Positions 14,266-26,925 of a DNA stretch of 64,000 nucleotides are shown one piece after another. The stretch is taken from NCBI GenBank assembly GCA_002633005.1, contig NMRA01000441.1, forward strand, positions 186,001-250,000. The letters are read 5' to 3'. The notes under the pieces are model-generated. The model was not told where the DNA came from and did not search any database. It was given only the letters and a program-made list of their open reading frames with translations. Origin of the DNA: Phoronis australis (lineage: Eukaryota > Animalia > Phoronida). A program made the position numbers and the translations under genes. The first letter of the stretch is position 1; every line of letters starts with the position of its first letter.

Positions 14266-17200
14266 GTTGAAAAAAAAACTATGAACTGCGTAACGTCAGA
14301 TTGAGCGAGATCTGTTGACAATATAAAATGAACCACTAAATTTTCATGACAAGACACAAGAACGAGTTCCACGTAATTCCCACCAGACTACTGGGAAGAA
14401 GCGTTAGGCCGTCTGTTTAAAAAAGCTATCGTGTACTTTTAAAACTCGACCGAAATCCAGATTCAATGAAACAAAAGTAAAAATTGGACTATACAAGATT
14501 AACACTTAGAACTAATATTTTTGTAACGTCATACAAATGTTTAATGTGTGTAAACATTCACCAATCACTTAACCAAGTGGAGTGTAACACCACCGACTGC
14601 TCATTTCCTCTTTAGGACGCCCAATTGCACTGACAAGATTATCACGCCGGCTCATCAATAACAAAATGGCGCCAAATTTCACGCCTGGTGCATTAAAGCA
14701 ACCACTCAATAAAACCCCTGGAGTGTGACTGGCGATGAGTTTCCGACAAGCAAATCTTCGCTAACAATAAACAATTTGCAAAAGAATAGCGCACACAGAA
14801 CAAAATTCTTCAAATTTCCATTCCGTGTTTTCTCAACGTTGTTGCAAAGGAAGATTAAAACATGTTTTACGCTAATGCACAGCAAAAACTACTGAGTGAA
14901 AAAATGGAGTAATCTCTTTCGGCGCTGGAAAATCAAAACACAGGTAAGTACAGATGGGCTCATGTGGTCACCCATTTGGTAGAACATAAAATGCAACTTT
15001 ATTGAAAATACACAAGTAATGCATTGTATTTACTATTTAAAGAATACAAAGCGTTTTGCACAATGTGTATGGTGTAAATGCATAAAAATATTGATATTTT
15101 CGCTTGCTGTCAAAATGTCCAACAATTTACCTTTCTAAGTGGTAGGCGCCGGAAATGCGGACACTTCACTGACGTTACAGACACATTTTGCGTGGATGCT
15201 TAGCAACGCTACTATTCTATTTGATGCTATTTCTGATGACGTGAGTGACGAATAACCTGGGTTTAGATCTAATCTCCTCAGACTCTACTCAGACTCGAAA
15301 CTTTTAGCAGTTATGTCGTATACTTCCGAAACAAATTTGTAAGTTTATTCGAAACATGTCATGCACATTCGCCAATATTCGACTTGAGTTTCCAGTACAG
15401 AAATTAAAACCCCGGGCCCTGGTGTCAAAAACAAATGAACTTGAAAACAATGAAGCTTTGTTATGATAAGTCAAATCTCACGTGAAACTAATATTCCGCA
15501 TCCTTACACGTCACATCATATATTACCAATGAATTGCATGCCCGAAACAACTCTTTAATGAAGTTTAACTCCATAAAGAATCGACTTGATCATGCGACGT
15601 AACCTTTGATTCCAGTAATTGGGAAAAACGCGACGTTGACTTCTGAACGAAGTTGACTTCAAGACCAAACATCAGCGACGTTTCAGAGCATGATTCAACG
15701 ACGCGTCATTAACTACGGATTAGAATTTAGTTAGATGTAATCGCCAGGAGTTATCTAATACATTGATAATTAACTCAATGGCATATTATTGTGACTTGTA
15801 GCTAATTCAAAGTGGACTAAATGAGTAACTTACGCAACTTTGAGAAAATTTCGAGTTAATAGTTCAGAAACAAAAACAGGGACGCAATTGCATTTAGCAA
15901 TCTCCACGAGACAACAACTACGAACTACGTAAATATTCGATTCATTAATGTCACTTAACCAATTATCACCAAGTCCTTTGAACGCAATTAGCACTTGTTT
16001 TCCAACAATTTTATAACGTTGGGGTCTACTGAAATTGAGTTTTTCCCCTTGAGGGGAACAACGTAAGTTACTGATAAGTACTGCGCATATTTTATTTACA
16101 ATCTTAATTCTTTCTTTCACTTGGAAATGTTTTTGAAACAAAAAAGAGCGCGTCACGACAGCGACAATTGCCCTGTTGCGTGAGACACGTAGATACGTAA
16201 TTAAAAACATCAATATCTGATGCAGACAAATAGTGGTTACTTTCATCGAAGAATAGGGACGGGGGAGTTCAGGTCGGGTTATAGTGTTTTCAAAAACCGA
16301 ACAGATGCGCACATTAAAGGCCCATTGGCCGAGTTGTTGGTAATTACATTATAAATACTCTCTAAATCAGTTTTTGAATGCGGTGAAGTTTAAAATCAAT
16401 GACCTTTCAACACGATTAAGTTTTGTTGCGTCAAGCTTTTAAAACTTACACAAGCGAAACGAAAAAGCGTACTCGGTTTTATGACCAAAAGTGCATTTAG
16501 AGGGGGAATTTATTTTTGGGGTATGATTGACTTCTTTGGTCAGAGCTTTAAAATAGCAAAATCTGATGTTTTGTGATTTCAATATAAATCGCCGATTCCT
16601 AAAAAAGGCAGCCAATCAAAGTTAACTGAAATCAAGGCGGCGATCACACCAGTTGTTTCGTTGCTAAGCACCGTGGAGTTGGTAGGGAGGGCATGTGTAG
16701 TGTTGACCAAAATCGGCATGAGAAAGTCAACGACTAATCTCCTTAGTACATGTGAGAGAAAAAGAGGCAAAGAGCAGAAATTCGTTAAAGGAGTAACCTC
16801 TCAAAAATAAGCATTTGGAAATGAAATTGATCCTTGGACGGCCGTGGAACATTTTTAGAAATATCGAATTCAGTTAGGAAGACACTCGGGTGGCGAAGCG
16901 GGTTGCAGCAATACTCCGCCGTCTTCCAGAAACAGATTGACATTCGTACATATACTTACGAACAAGTTCAAGAGTAAACCTCAAATTCTTTTTGAAAAGC
17001 TCACAATTTTGAAAGTCTTTTACCAATCATGCCATTAAAATCTATCGCCGAGTTTCATATCGAATGATTTCTGACGGACAGTCGGCGGCATAACTTACCA
17101 AATTCGCTTTTCTAAATGAGCAAACCCGCTCTGAAAACGCGATAACCTGACGATTACAAATTGTAACCAATGTTGCGATGCGTTTTTGGGGGGTGGTAAC

Positions 17201-17499
17201 TATTATTAGAGTACTGTGCTGTTGGACATCATGCCTGAACTTTAAAATTAAGTGTAAGGCAAAGTGAACCTGCGACTAAGGCGGTAGCTGAAGGTCACGT
17301 GATTCAGCAGCCAGGGGAGTCTATGGTCACAGGCCTTGAGAAAACAAAATCAAAAGGCAAAGGATTCGCATAAGAAAATCGAAGCTTTTTTATGAAATGG
17401 CTTAAAACAACTTCTTACACGTCGTCTGAGATGAATTCGTGTAATTATTTTCAACTTCACGCAGTTTAGTCATGTTCCATTGCCGCCGATTATGTAACT

Positions 17500-17660
17500 T
17501 TAAAGGGACATTGTCGTTCTTTGGCCGAAAAAAGCTTTTTAAGATTATTTTTAGACGGCAGGGACCTGAATTAGAAAACAATAAAATCTGTTATATTTTT
17601 GAGCTTTTATTATAAATCCCCAATTATCGCCGATGTCGGCCAGACATTCGCTAAGATCAT
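17500..17660 (+). mobile_element. End of a TTAA-flanked (Kolobok-like) MITE family; related ends at about 5320 (+) and 59240-59350 (-)
   Basis: ttaaagggacattgtcgttctttggccgaaaa resembles ttaaagggtcattgtcggctttacggccgaaaa (5320). The reverse complement of 59245-59350 resembles 17500-17630. Confidence 0.5.
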
Positions 17661-18568
17661 AGATTATAGACAACAGATTCGCAACTCCGGCATTTTCTTG
17701 TGCACTATCACAGAGGAGGCACTACTCTTCTAAATTATCTGTTTCAGTTTCCGGTTAGTGTATTGTGACGGGAAATTCTCTCTTCTATTTTACTGGCCAG
17801 CCCAACAAAAAAAATAATAATCTCGACATTGAAACGCTGTTCAAAGTCTTCCAAGAGTAGAACTGTTAGTATCGTGAGTACTTTTAACAATGCTACAACC
17901 ACCCGACCACACAACAGCCGACCATGGCTAGCAGACGAGGTACTTGCCGGAAACAATACCAGATAATCGAGACAGGTGTCGCTAGTGAATAATGACGTAA
18001 CGGCTTGTGCGTAAGACCACAGATTTCGCCCATTGAAAGTATGCGTAGTTGGCCATGTACTATATAGTCTATGCTGATATGAACACCCAGGTAACCGCAG
18101 CTGTCATGTGTAGAGTGCGGTTTAGCTCGTCAGCAGAGTGTCAGGGATGGTTCGCGGTTCAAATCTGCACAGCTGCGGCTGATTTTACACAATCACTTTT
18201 CTCGCCGATTGCGTCACTTAATGGAGAACTTGGAAGTAAACACGTTGTGACAACACGAGTAATTGAAAATGTCATAAGTATAAAAATAAATAATCTGGGA
18301 AACCACAAACCACAGCATACATGATTCTAGTCTTGAATTCAAATTTAAAATGTCATGCTTGGGTAAACTCCGCCGATTCACAGTCGAAAGACCAAAATAA
18401 AACAAAAGAAAAACGCATACGGACATATTGATCACCGGGTTCATTCTTACAAAATCTTTCAAAATGGTTATTTTTATCTAGTTTCGTTACACTTTCATTA
18501 CATTACAACACAGCGCATGTAGCACTGCTAACAGGAAAAATAAACTGAAGGTCATTGAAAGTTCAAAT

Positions 18569-19005
18569 TGTGTGAATTGTTAATAGAATCAGTGATGGAT
18601 TTAAACCCACTTGACATGTTTCGGCGTTTGTTAGAACACCATCCTCAGAAGAAAAAACAGTGGCCATCTTGCTAGGCCCAACAACAAGTAATGATACACA
18701 GACACAGTCAGTTACAGGAGAGTAACAGTAGACTAGACTAACAATGACAACTTGTGGTGTGCCAGTTGCCTATTGAGACTGGCTTACGCCAATTGATATG
18801 TAGAGCCTCGCGAATTTTTATCTCCTTTGTTGTTTATGCATGGTTTATTATAGCAAATCCATTGAAAAAGTATGGCTCTTAACAATGATTGGAGCTCTGC
18901 AGATGAATATTTAATAAATGCCGAAACACGTCAAGCCGTTTTAAATCCATCGTTGTTTTAATTAACATATGCTACTACTTGCTATCCTGGAGATGTGTGA
19001 ATTGT
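18569..19005 (-). mobile_element. Penelope-like retroelement 3' remnant with inverted terminal segments and 12-bp TSD
   Basis: Minus strand 18852-18733 reads IINHA*TTKEIKIREALHINWRKP/SLNRQLAHHKLSLLV* (GIY-YIG endonuclease C-terminus, one stop and one frameshift). 18578-18625 is inverted relative to 18920-18967. Flanked by tgtgtgaattgt at 18569-18580 and 18994-19005. Confidence 0.85.
18610..18651 (-). ncRNA. Minimal type I hammerhead ribozyme (Penelope-associated)
   Basis: Minus strand CTT-CTGAGGA-T-GGTGTT-ctaaca-AACGCC-GAAAC-AT-GTC-AAG. Catalytic core, stem II, palindromic minimal stem III, GUC cleavage triplet and 3-bp stem I are all present. Confidence 0.75.
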
Positions 19006-19759
19006 GTATTTCCCACATTCTAAGTACCCTATTGCCCCGCCAATTGACCAATGGGTGGCAGTGCAGAACTGCGCTTATACATGTATGTGACACTTAGGCG
19101 CATACGCCAATATGCGAGCCACTTCGGTACAAAAGGCCGCGAAAAGACAGTATTTTGGATACGGGCCCACAGGCCTAAAGGCGTGGCAATACGGTAATAC
19201 AAAACTATTTACCAACTTTCTTGAAAATACGCCAAGCATCTCCTAAGATACAAAAGTAAACGTGAAAAATGCCATTAAGAGGCAAAACGGTAGTCAAAAT
19301 GCGTGGGTCTTCATGCAAATTAATGTAATTGCCAGTGCAGGGTACATTGCCTGTGCTAATGCGAAACTTAGGCGCATGCACCAATATTCAAATCACTTAG
19401 GCAAAACAGGCGTCATTTCGGATATAGGCCCATGGCCATACAGGCGCGGCAATAAGGTAAAAATAAATACGCTCAAGCAAATTTCAACATGCTCCTTCAG
19501 CTGTGACTTTGTTGTCACTTGGACGCCAGGCATTTTTTCGCTTGGGGACCCGTAAAACCTACATACCATTTGCATTTCAAGCAGAAAACGAGGTCTTGGC
19601 GGATTTTATTAGCCATTCAGGAGCCCGATTGAAATATACAGCACGACCAGAGTGATCCGGAACACCTGGGATATTTTCATATCCTCAAATTTCCCCTTAG
19701 TGATGAATGTTATACATGCCCGTGTTCGAACAGACATACGGCCACTGATTCCCGTTTGA

Positions 19760-20651
19760 AAGTCACATGACTTGTAGTCGTATGTCCCTGGTATGACCAA
19801 GATCGCAAATGAGCAAATAATGTTCACCTTTGAGGGAAAATTTGAAGCTTCGATAATACCCGAGGAGCCGGTGGGACTAGAGATTTATACAGAAGATCAC
19901 TGGCTGCACCACATTCCGCAACGGAACATGCCTGCGAGTGAAAGCTTGTGAGATAACGACCTTTGTTATGCAAGCTATTTCTTGCGAAGACTTGCGAGAT
20001 CTATTCGTCAAACACTGGCCTCACGAACGCAGTCCAAAGAACGACCTAAATGTCACCATTCCCCTCACATGTTCTCTTCAAGAGGGAATGCGCTGAACCA
20101 AAACGAGTCGAATTAGTGAGGGCAATTTCCGGTGGAAGAAGAAATGTAGCAAATTAGATCAGAAGTCATACTGAATGGAAATAAGTCCGTGTTTGTTCAA
20201 AGTTCAATGATCTTGGNAAGTCACATGACTTGTAGTCGTATGTCCCTGGTATGACCAAGTTCGCAAATGAGCAAATAATGTTCACCTTTGAGGGGAAATT
20301 TGAAGCTTCGATAATACCCGAGGAGCCGGTGGGACTAGAGATTTATACAGATCACTGGCTGCACCACATTCCGCAACGGATCATGACTGCGAGTGAAAGC
20401 TTGTGAGATAACGACCTTTGTTATGCAAGCTGATTTCTTGCGAAGACTTGCAAGATCTATTCGTCAAACACTGGCCTCACGGAACGCAGTCCATTCCCCT
20501 CACGTGTTCTCTTCAAGAGGGAATGCGCTGAACCAAAACGAGTCGAATTAGTGAGGGCAATTTCCGGTGGAAGAAGAAATGTAGCAAATTAGATCAGAAG
20601 TCATACTGAATGGAAATAAGTCCGTGTTTGTTCAAAGTTCAATGATCTTGG
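19760..20651. repeat. Near-identical tandem duplication of about 450 bp across a single N (probable haplotype overlap)
   Basis: 19760-20216 is repeated at 20218-20651 with small indels and SNPs. The junction is exactly the N at 20217. Confidence 0.9.
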
Positions 20652-22622
20652 AAGACACATGATGGTTAGATTCAAGATAAAAGTTTTCCATTAATACCAT
20701 ATCGCAAACATGAATGCTTGTTACTTCGTTCTTTTATTTTTCAATTGAGTAAAGTTAAAACCCTGTAATTGTGAAGTTGCATGGATTTACAATTCTATTT
20801 TTTTTTGTATTTTCTTCAATCGGTATACCTCGTACGACAACACAGTCAATTGCTGCTATGCGCTCACAGTAGTGTGGCAAAAGCGCAACTTCTACAGCTT
20901 CACCAGTACTGAGTAGATACTACTTGGATAAAATTATTTTGGTCTCAGCTCGAACTGTGTAGGTATATTTATGACGCGCAATGCGAGTTATTTTAATTCT
21001 GAAATTTTCAAATGGTCAGAATACGTTGGTTGGTGTTTTGAGTAATAGTAGTAGTAATAATACTAAAAAAGGCTCATGTACCTGCCAGCGACTCAAAACA
21101 ATCTATTTGCAATATGACAAAGGGTTTTTATTTCAATAATAAAACACAAATATTTCGAAACAAAAATGAACCCACTCCAAAAATCAATAGTGGAAAACAA
21201 AGCCTGTTACTGACATACCAACCCATCAAAAGTGAGGGTAGATCGAGGAGAAACAAACAAAATAAAGAGGACATAAAGGGGCACAAGCCCATAAAGGTAT
21301 TAAACAAAGTTAGCAGTGTGGTTTCAGTCTCAGAAATTAACTAAAAGCGGTCTGTTAACTGTGTTTCTTTGTGAAGGTGGGTCCGTGTTCGTGTATTTGG
21401 GTGAATGGATGTTTTGTGAGTCGGTTCCCTGTCTGTGAGTCAGTGAACGATGTTTGCAGGTACATGAGTCATGTTCATGGGTCCATGACCGTGTTTATGA
21501 GTCCGTTAACCGTGTAGTTTAGGTACCTTGAAAAGGACGCCAGAGAATGAACGACAAATTGGTGATTGTCAAAGTGAGTAGTGTCGGAGTGCACACAGAG
21601 AGAGGTATTCCTATAACTCATATAACGCCTGTATGAAGGCGTATGTTGATGAGGGTCGTGAAACTGATCGATGATTTACCCGCCACATGCTATGGGAAAA
21701 CGTTGCATTTTGAACACACCACAATTTCCAATAGCAAGTCAAAAGGCGTACATTCGGAAAATGGGATACTTTTTACCTTTCTAGTGCTCGAAATAAAAGC
21801 AGGGGCTTATATTCCAAAAGTGGGGATCACATACTATAAATAGGTCTTCACGCACGCCACCACGAATATTTTTCTATTTGCAAATCAGGTTGGCTTACAA
21901 ACAACTAGTGACTTCAAACGTGCATCTTAATCAGCTAAATGGAAAGAATGAATATTCCGTTGTTTACAGCATTTTTAGAAATAAAGGACAGACTGTGAAA
22001 CAATCAATGCTGGAAAAGTTAGTCCGTTTGTTGAGTTTTCGCGTACAGTGGTTATGGGAAACTGGTCTAACAACTTCTCCAGTTTCACCACAATCACCCA
22101 ATACCAGAAAAAAGCAAAGAACAGGGGACCCATACACGGGTAGGTCAATGTCTCTGAACATCAACAGAGCTTGGATGCTTCTCTCTGCTCACAGTTTAAA
22201 AACTCACTTGCAATATTTCCCTTGTAAAAGTGTTCCCAACATTTGATGGTGTTCAACAAAATTCATGCTATAGTTACCAATAGTATTTCCCTTGTCTTGT
22301 TCCACATTTAATATCTCAACAAGACTCCAGCTACTAATGGAACTGGCAGACAAAAGAATCATAAAGGACAGAAAAAAATTAACTCTGACTCTGAGTATAG
22401 TCCTATGGACCTATAATCGGGAAAGTTTACAAATCTTAGTCATGGGTCTATATTTGGGGTTAACCCATTTGCGTAAAATCCTGGTGCACCAATGTGCAGG
22501 AGCATGTTGAAGTCTGACTGGAACTCATTATGTATTGTTATCCCTCCACTCAACGCTGCACAACAGCAGATGCAAGGGTGCCACTCTCTTTTCCAGTAGA
22601 AACGTTGAAGACTCTATGACAG

Positions 22623-22684
22623 TCTCCTCCCCAAGCCTCAAGATGGCGCTGATTGGTTTAGCCATTTGAGGCTTGGTGAGGAGA
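22623..22684. repeat. 62-bp near-perfect hairpin (short palindromic MITE or pre-miRNA-sized stem-loop)
   Basis: TCTCCTCCCCAAGCCTCAAGATGGC, a 13-nt loop, then GCCATTTGAGGCTTGGTGAGGAGA. Confidence 0.75.
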
Positions 22685-23356
22685 ATTAACTTGCCAGAAT
22701 TTACTGATTCTGAAATATTTTTACGTAAGGAAATGCTGGATTATTACCAGTGATATAAAGTTTTTCAGTTTTTAAATTTGCTGTAATATAATACAAAAAT
22801 CGGAACTAACCATAATTATGCAGCAATTTGAGTCTAGATTATTGAAAATATGATGTCATTTGGTTCAAAAACAGAATGATTTTTATGATGCCATCAACTA
22901 AACAGAATGGACAATAAGTACGTGAACAACTTTTATTTCAATCAATAACCAAAAATTGTCTCCTGCTTCCGAATCACGGATGGCAGCAACAATCCCTGCG
23001 AAAACAATTAAAATCTGCGTTTGAATGTTGGTGTTATCTTAAGCGCAAAACATTCCATTGAATTGGGCCTAAAAAGTGTGAATAATATCAACCAAGCTTG
23101 AATAAGGTTGCCCCTTTAAGCTTGGTTAATCTAAATACCAGTAAGTATTACTCAAGCTCAGTGAATTTTGTAAACCCTTTAAGTTGGTGGGAATACACTT
23201 GACGAACTGACCCACCAGTCCGAAGTATTCTCATTTGTAAGTATCCCAGGTTGCTATTGGACTGAAGTGTGAACCCTCATCAGCAGAAGCCTCGCAATGA
23301 ACAAACTCCAATAAGGATGAATAAAAGGGTACTCCCCTTCCTTTTCTTTACAGACG

Positions 23357-23442
23357 AGGCATTGTGACCTAGTGAAATAAGTGTCGCATCCTTTATTTAA
23401 AGTCGCATCCTTTATTTAAAGTCGTGAGTTCGAGTCCCACTT
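23357..23442 (+). mobile_element. tRNA-derived SINE head (degenerate)
   Basis: A-box-like TGACCTAGTGA and B-box GTTCGAGTCC, with an internal 19-bp duplication (gtcgcatcctttatttaaa). No complete cloverleaf. Confidence 0.5.
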
Positions 23443-23840
23443 TGTACACTGATAGACCCTTGAATGAGGTCTCTAGTTCCTCAGCTTGGTTTTAATTATA
23501 TGTGACCAGTGTAATGGGCCCCCCTGAGCTGTCTGTACCAGACCTCCTGCAATTATATACTTTTGTTTCCAGACCCCCACCCCATCTACCCTGCTTAATT
23601 TATGCATTTGGTGAACCTTATTTCTCATAACAAAAAGCCTTATGAATGAAATTAGACTCACATGGAAATATTGTATTGAAAGTTGATTAATTTAACATTG
23701 TTCTAAAGTTATGACAACTTTTATAACAGACTAAATGATGAATATGAATTCCAGCTAGCAGCACAGTTCAGATTCACAACCAAACATAAAAAGCACTGAA
23801 TCAGTAAAGGGTGCAGGACTTGCCAAAACGAAAGACTTAC

Positions 23841-23953
23841 CAGGAGGACAGCAACAGCGCAGGCAATGGTGGTGTTCCAGTCCGCATCTGCAGCTGCCCG
23901 GCCACACAAGATACTGTAGAATATGAAGTCACCAAGACCCAACTTCACACCAC
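23841..23953 (-). CDS. PSEN: Presenilin coding exon 9 (TM7, catalytic GLGD)
   Basis: ttaccag|(R)[37 protein letters not shown]|gtaagt. Carries the GxGD aspartate. Confidence 0.96.
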
Positions 23954-25627
23954 CTGGTAAAACACAGCTTTTTGTGACAAAACTGCACAATCTTTCAAAG
24001 GTCCAAAATTTTAAAATTAAAACTAGATGTGAGACTTTTCAAGGTAATTGTCAGCCTCCACCCTCTGTGAAGTCATTTAATTAACATTTCATCAATTGAC
24101 TTTTCAACTGTTCATTGTCAGCTATTAGAAATAATCTGAATTCATGCCCTCAAAAATTACACAAGCACAAAAGTATGAATTTCTAAAATGTACCAAATGT
24201 GTGTTTGAACAATCTTTTGGTCAATACCCTGGACAGCACCTCAGATTTTTAATTCACTCTCAAACCGCAGAAAAATCAGCCATCAAAGATTCGCGAAATC
24301 TTCGTAGTTGGATGTATTTATAGCCAAAATTATTTGGCAGTTGAAAGTTTGCTACAATAAAATAGCATTTCTGTTGAACTTTAGTGAGAGAATGTGATAC
24401 TGTTGCGCCAAGCAAGTACATGTTTGTTTTTAAAAAGACACAGTAACTTCATTGTTACAATTTAAACAAACCCTGTGGAGCAACACCTATCAAAATTATA
24501 ATGAGATTTTTACAGACTTGAGACAAGTTCAAGTTGAAAAGAAATGGTTACTTAGTTTCTGTTTTGTGCCTTGAAACTTGGTCGAATTTTGATGCTGTCC
24601 AATTTGTTTTGAAAACAACTGACAAACTGCGAATGTCTAAAAGATCTGAGCCTACATGAAAAACCAATACGGAATGCCCGAGCACACCCCCCAGTGAACA
24701 GATGGTATGAATATTATGTTGAGACACCTTGGATTTTCAAATTCAAGAGCTTTTTTGATTTTACGTTTGGCACAAGAAACATTTCAGAGTTCGAAATATC
24801 CACAAATAATGTTAAATCAGTGATGACAAGCACAGAGGGAACTTTTGGCATGTTTAACCATCTCGGACTAGAGTCAACAGAATTTAGGCCTCTGAAAACA
24901 CGTGCAATGTCACTTAATGCCTTTGTAAGGTCTTTTCAAACGTTTCCACACAGTACACATGCAAGAAAGATTTAAGCCTTAGTGTTTAATAAAGACAAGA
25001 ACTGGGATGCATTCCATAGACGCAAAAATCTTGCGAAAAAGCAAGACCGTGCAAAATCATGCGAATGATAGAGGAACGTTTCGCGAGTATGCTCGAAGTT
25101 TACTAGCGTACTCTAGCACAATGTGGGTCACAGAAGTCATTCACCGGCGAGGTTGGGACGTTTGGTTTTGGAATAGAATATGTGCTTCTGCTCCATAAAC
25201 AGAGATCTATTGGTGCAAGTGTGCTGGCAGTGTCCTGGATCCTCACAACATAGCCTGGTTCCAGTGACTGACTACACCTTGGAACACAAAACATAAATTT
25301 TTCAGGTCATAATGTATTCATGGTGCCACAAGGTGACAAAAAACGGTGACAGGGCTACGATTTCATTCTCCATGGCCACAAGAGTGGACAACAAAGAAAA
25401 GAAGAAAAAACAGTGACAGCATACCATTTTTATGGCTATTGCGAAAGTTTCTCCTTTGGAAATTGTGGCGGGCACATAGCCTCACCTTCAGGGTTTTTCA
25501 CCACAAAAAGCAGCACAAGAATGTCTTTTTCAGCGAGGTCATTCACCAACTGAGGGTTAATGACCCTGCACCCCATTCCCTTTAATCTGCCACTGAACAA
25601 ATAAACAAGACTTCCTCAAATGCTTAC

Positions 25628-25849
25628 GTTCTTCTTCGTCATCTCGATGACGATGCCTTCGCGAACTCTGTCCCTCGTTGGTTTCACCTAATGACTGGGC
25701 AGCGGCGCGGGCTCGCTGTGATTCGGTACTCGACAGCCTGTTCCTGACTGGCCGACTCGGCCCACTGCTCCTGGACTGACGGTTGGGATCTCTGAAACCA
25801 CCCTCGTCATCATCCTCAGCATCTTCTTCTTCAGTAGAATGTTCGTTAG
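25628..25849 (-). CDS. PSEN: Presenilin coding exon 8 (cytosolic loop)
   Basis: ctttag|...|gtaagc, 222 nt, phase 1-1. Encodes ANEHSTEEEDAEDDDEGGF...DDEEE(R), joining in frame to GVKLGLGDF. Confidence 0.9.
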
Positions 25850-26019
25850 CTAAAGAGACATCATCAACAAAATGGATACCAGAGCCCGGGGTCTAACCTT
25901 TATACTTGAAATCGAACTCCAATTATTTTTTACATTTTGCGTGATTATATTTTCGTACAAGCTCACGACAACTGTCCATCATTCTGTGCTGAAGTACAAC
26001 ATGTGGATAATCGTATTGA

Positions 26020-26142
26020 CTGTGTAATCCTAGTATGCACTTGACAATCCTAGAATTAAAGCTACACATTCGAGTCTAACTCAGTGTAGAGTTTCCACTA
26101 GTTCCTAGGGGTCGTCAAGTGCAAACTTGGACTAGACATGCA
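26020..26142. repeat. Short foldback element (imperfect inverted repeat)
   Basis: tgcacttgacaatcctag ... ctaggggtcgtcaagtgca, with an inner ctacac/gtgtag pair. Confidence 0.55.
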
Positions 26143-26871
26143 CTAATTGGTAAACACTGTAATAAACTCAAGCACAGAATAATAGATAGTTGGCGTGAGT
26201 CTGGACAAAAGTGCAAAGCAAAATGTCGAAAATAATTTTGAGTCTAAATTAGAAGACTGGAACCCAGGCCCAAGAATTATCAGAACTGATCTAGTAGGCA
26301 AGGTACCTGATAATTGATCGGCAGTAATTATCAAACATTTCCAAATGAGTACAACACTGAGTTGGGGTTAACGATGGACATACACTTTTAAAATATTCAG
26401 TTTCAGTTTATTTGCAAGTACTCCTTTTAAAATATTCAGTTTCAGTTTATTTGCAAGTACTCCCAATTCGGGAGAAGGGTTTGTGAAAACAATACATTTT
26501 GCAAGCTATTGGAATTCCTCTAAAAATTCCTTGCTCTCTTATTGAGCGATGCTTGGCTGATCCCACCAAGTTCCGTACTGATGCCTTATAAAAACAGGCA
26601 ATTTCTCATAGGGTGTTGCACAGAGTGTTTGCCACCAACATCCAAACGGTGCTCCCATTTATGTCTGTAGGCCGATATGACAATTTTCAGCCCAAAACTC
26701 ATTGGATCAACGTGAGAAGTTATATGCAACTTTGACATATCATGTGTTGGCCTCACAGATGTCACCCATAAAACGTCGTGCAAATACATTTTGGCCTTGA
26801 AAGTGCCTACCACAAAAGGTTCCATTCATATGGTTGGCCATGAAGGCAGTTCTCAATAATGTTCAACTCAC

Positions 26872-26925
26872 CTTGTTGCCGAGACTGGTCGCGGTCAGCC
26901 ATGTTCACAATCCACACCATGGTAG
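26872..26925 (-). CDS. PSEN: Presenilin coding exon 7 (endoproteolysis region)
   Basis: ttcag|(T)TMVWIVNMADRDQSRQQ|gtgagt. Matches presenilin STMVWLVNMA. Confidence 0.93.

Noticed and set aside
15830-16312. 160-aa minus-strand ORF in the presenilin intron
   Set aside because: No domain, no splice support, random-looking composition.
18896-18935. Plus-strand hammerhead copy as an active ribozyme
   Set aside because: Core reads CTGCAGA instead of CTGANGA and stem II is disrupted.
23357-23442. tRNA gene
   Set aside because: Only degenerate A/B boxes with an internal duplication and no cloverleaf; treated as a SINE head.
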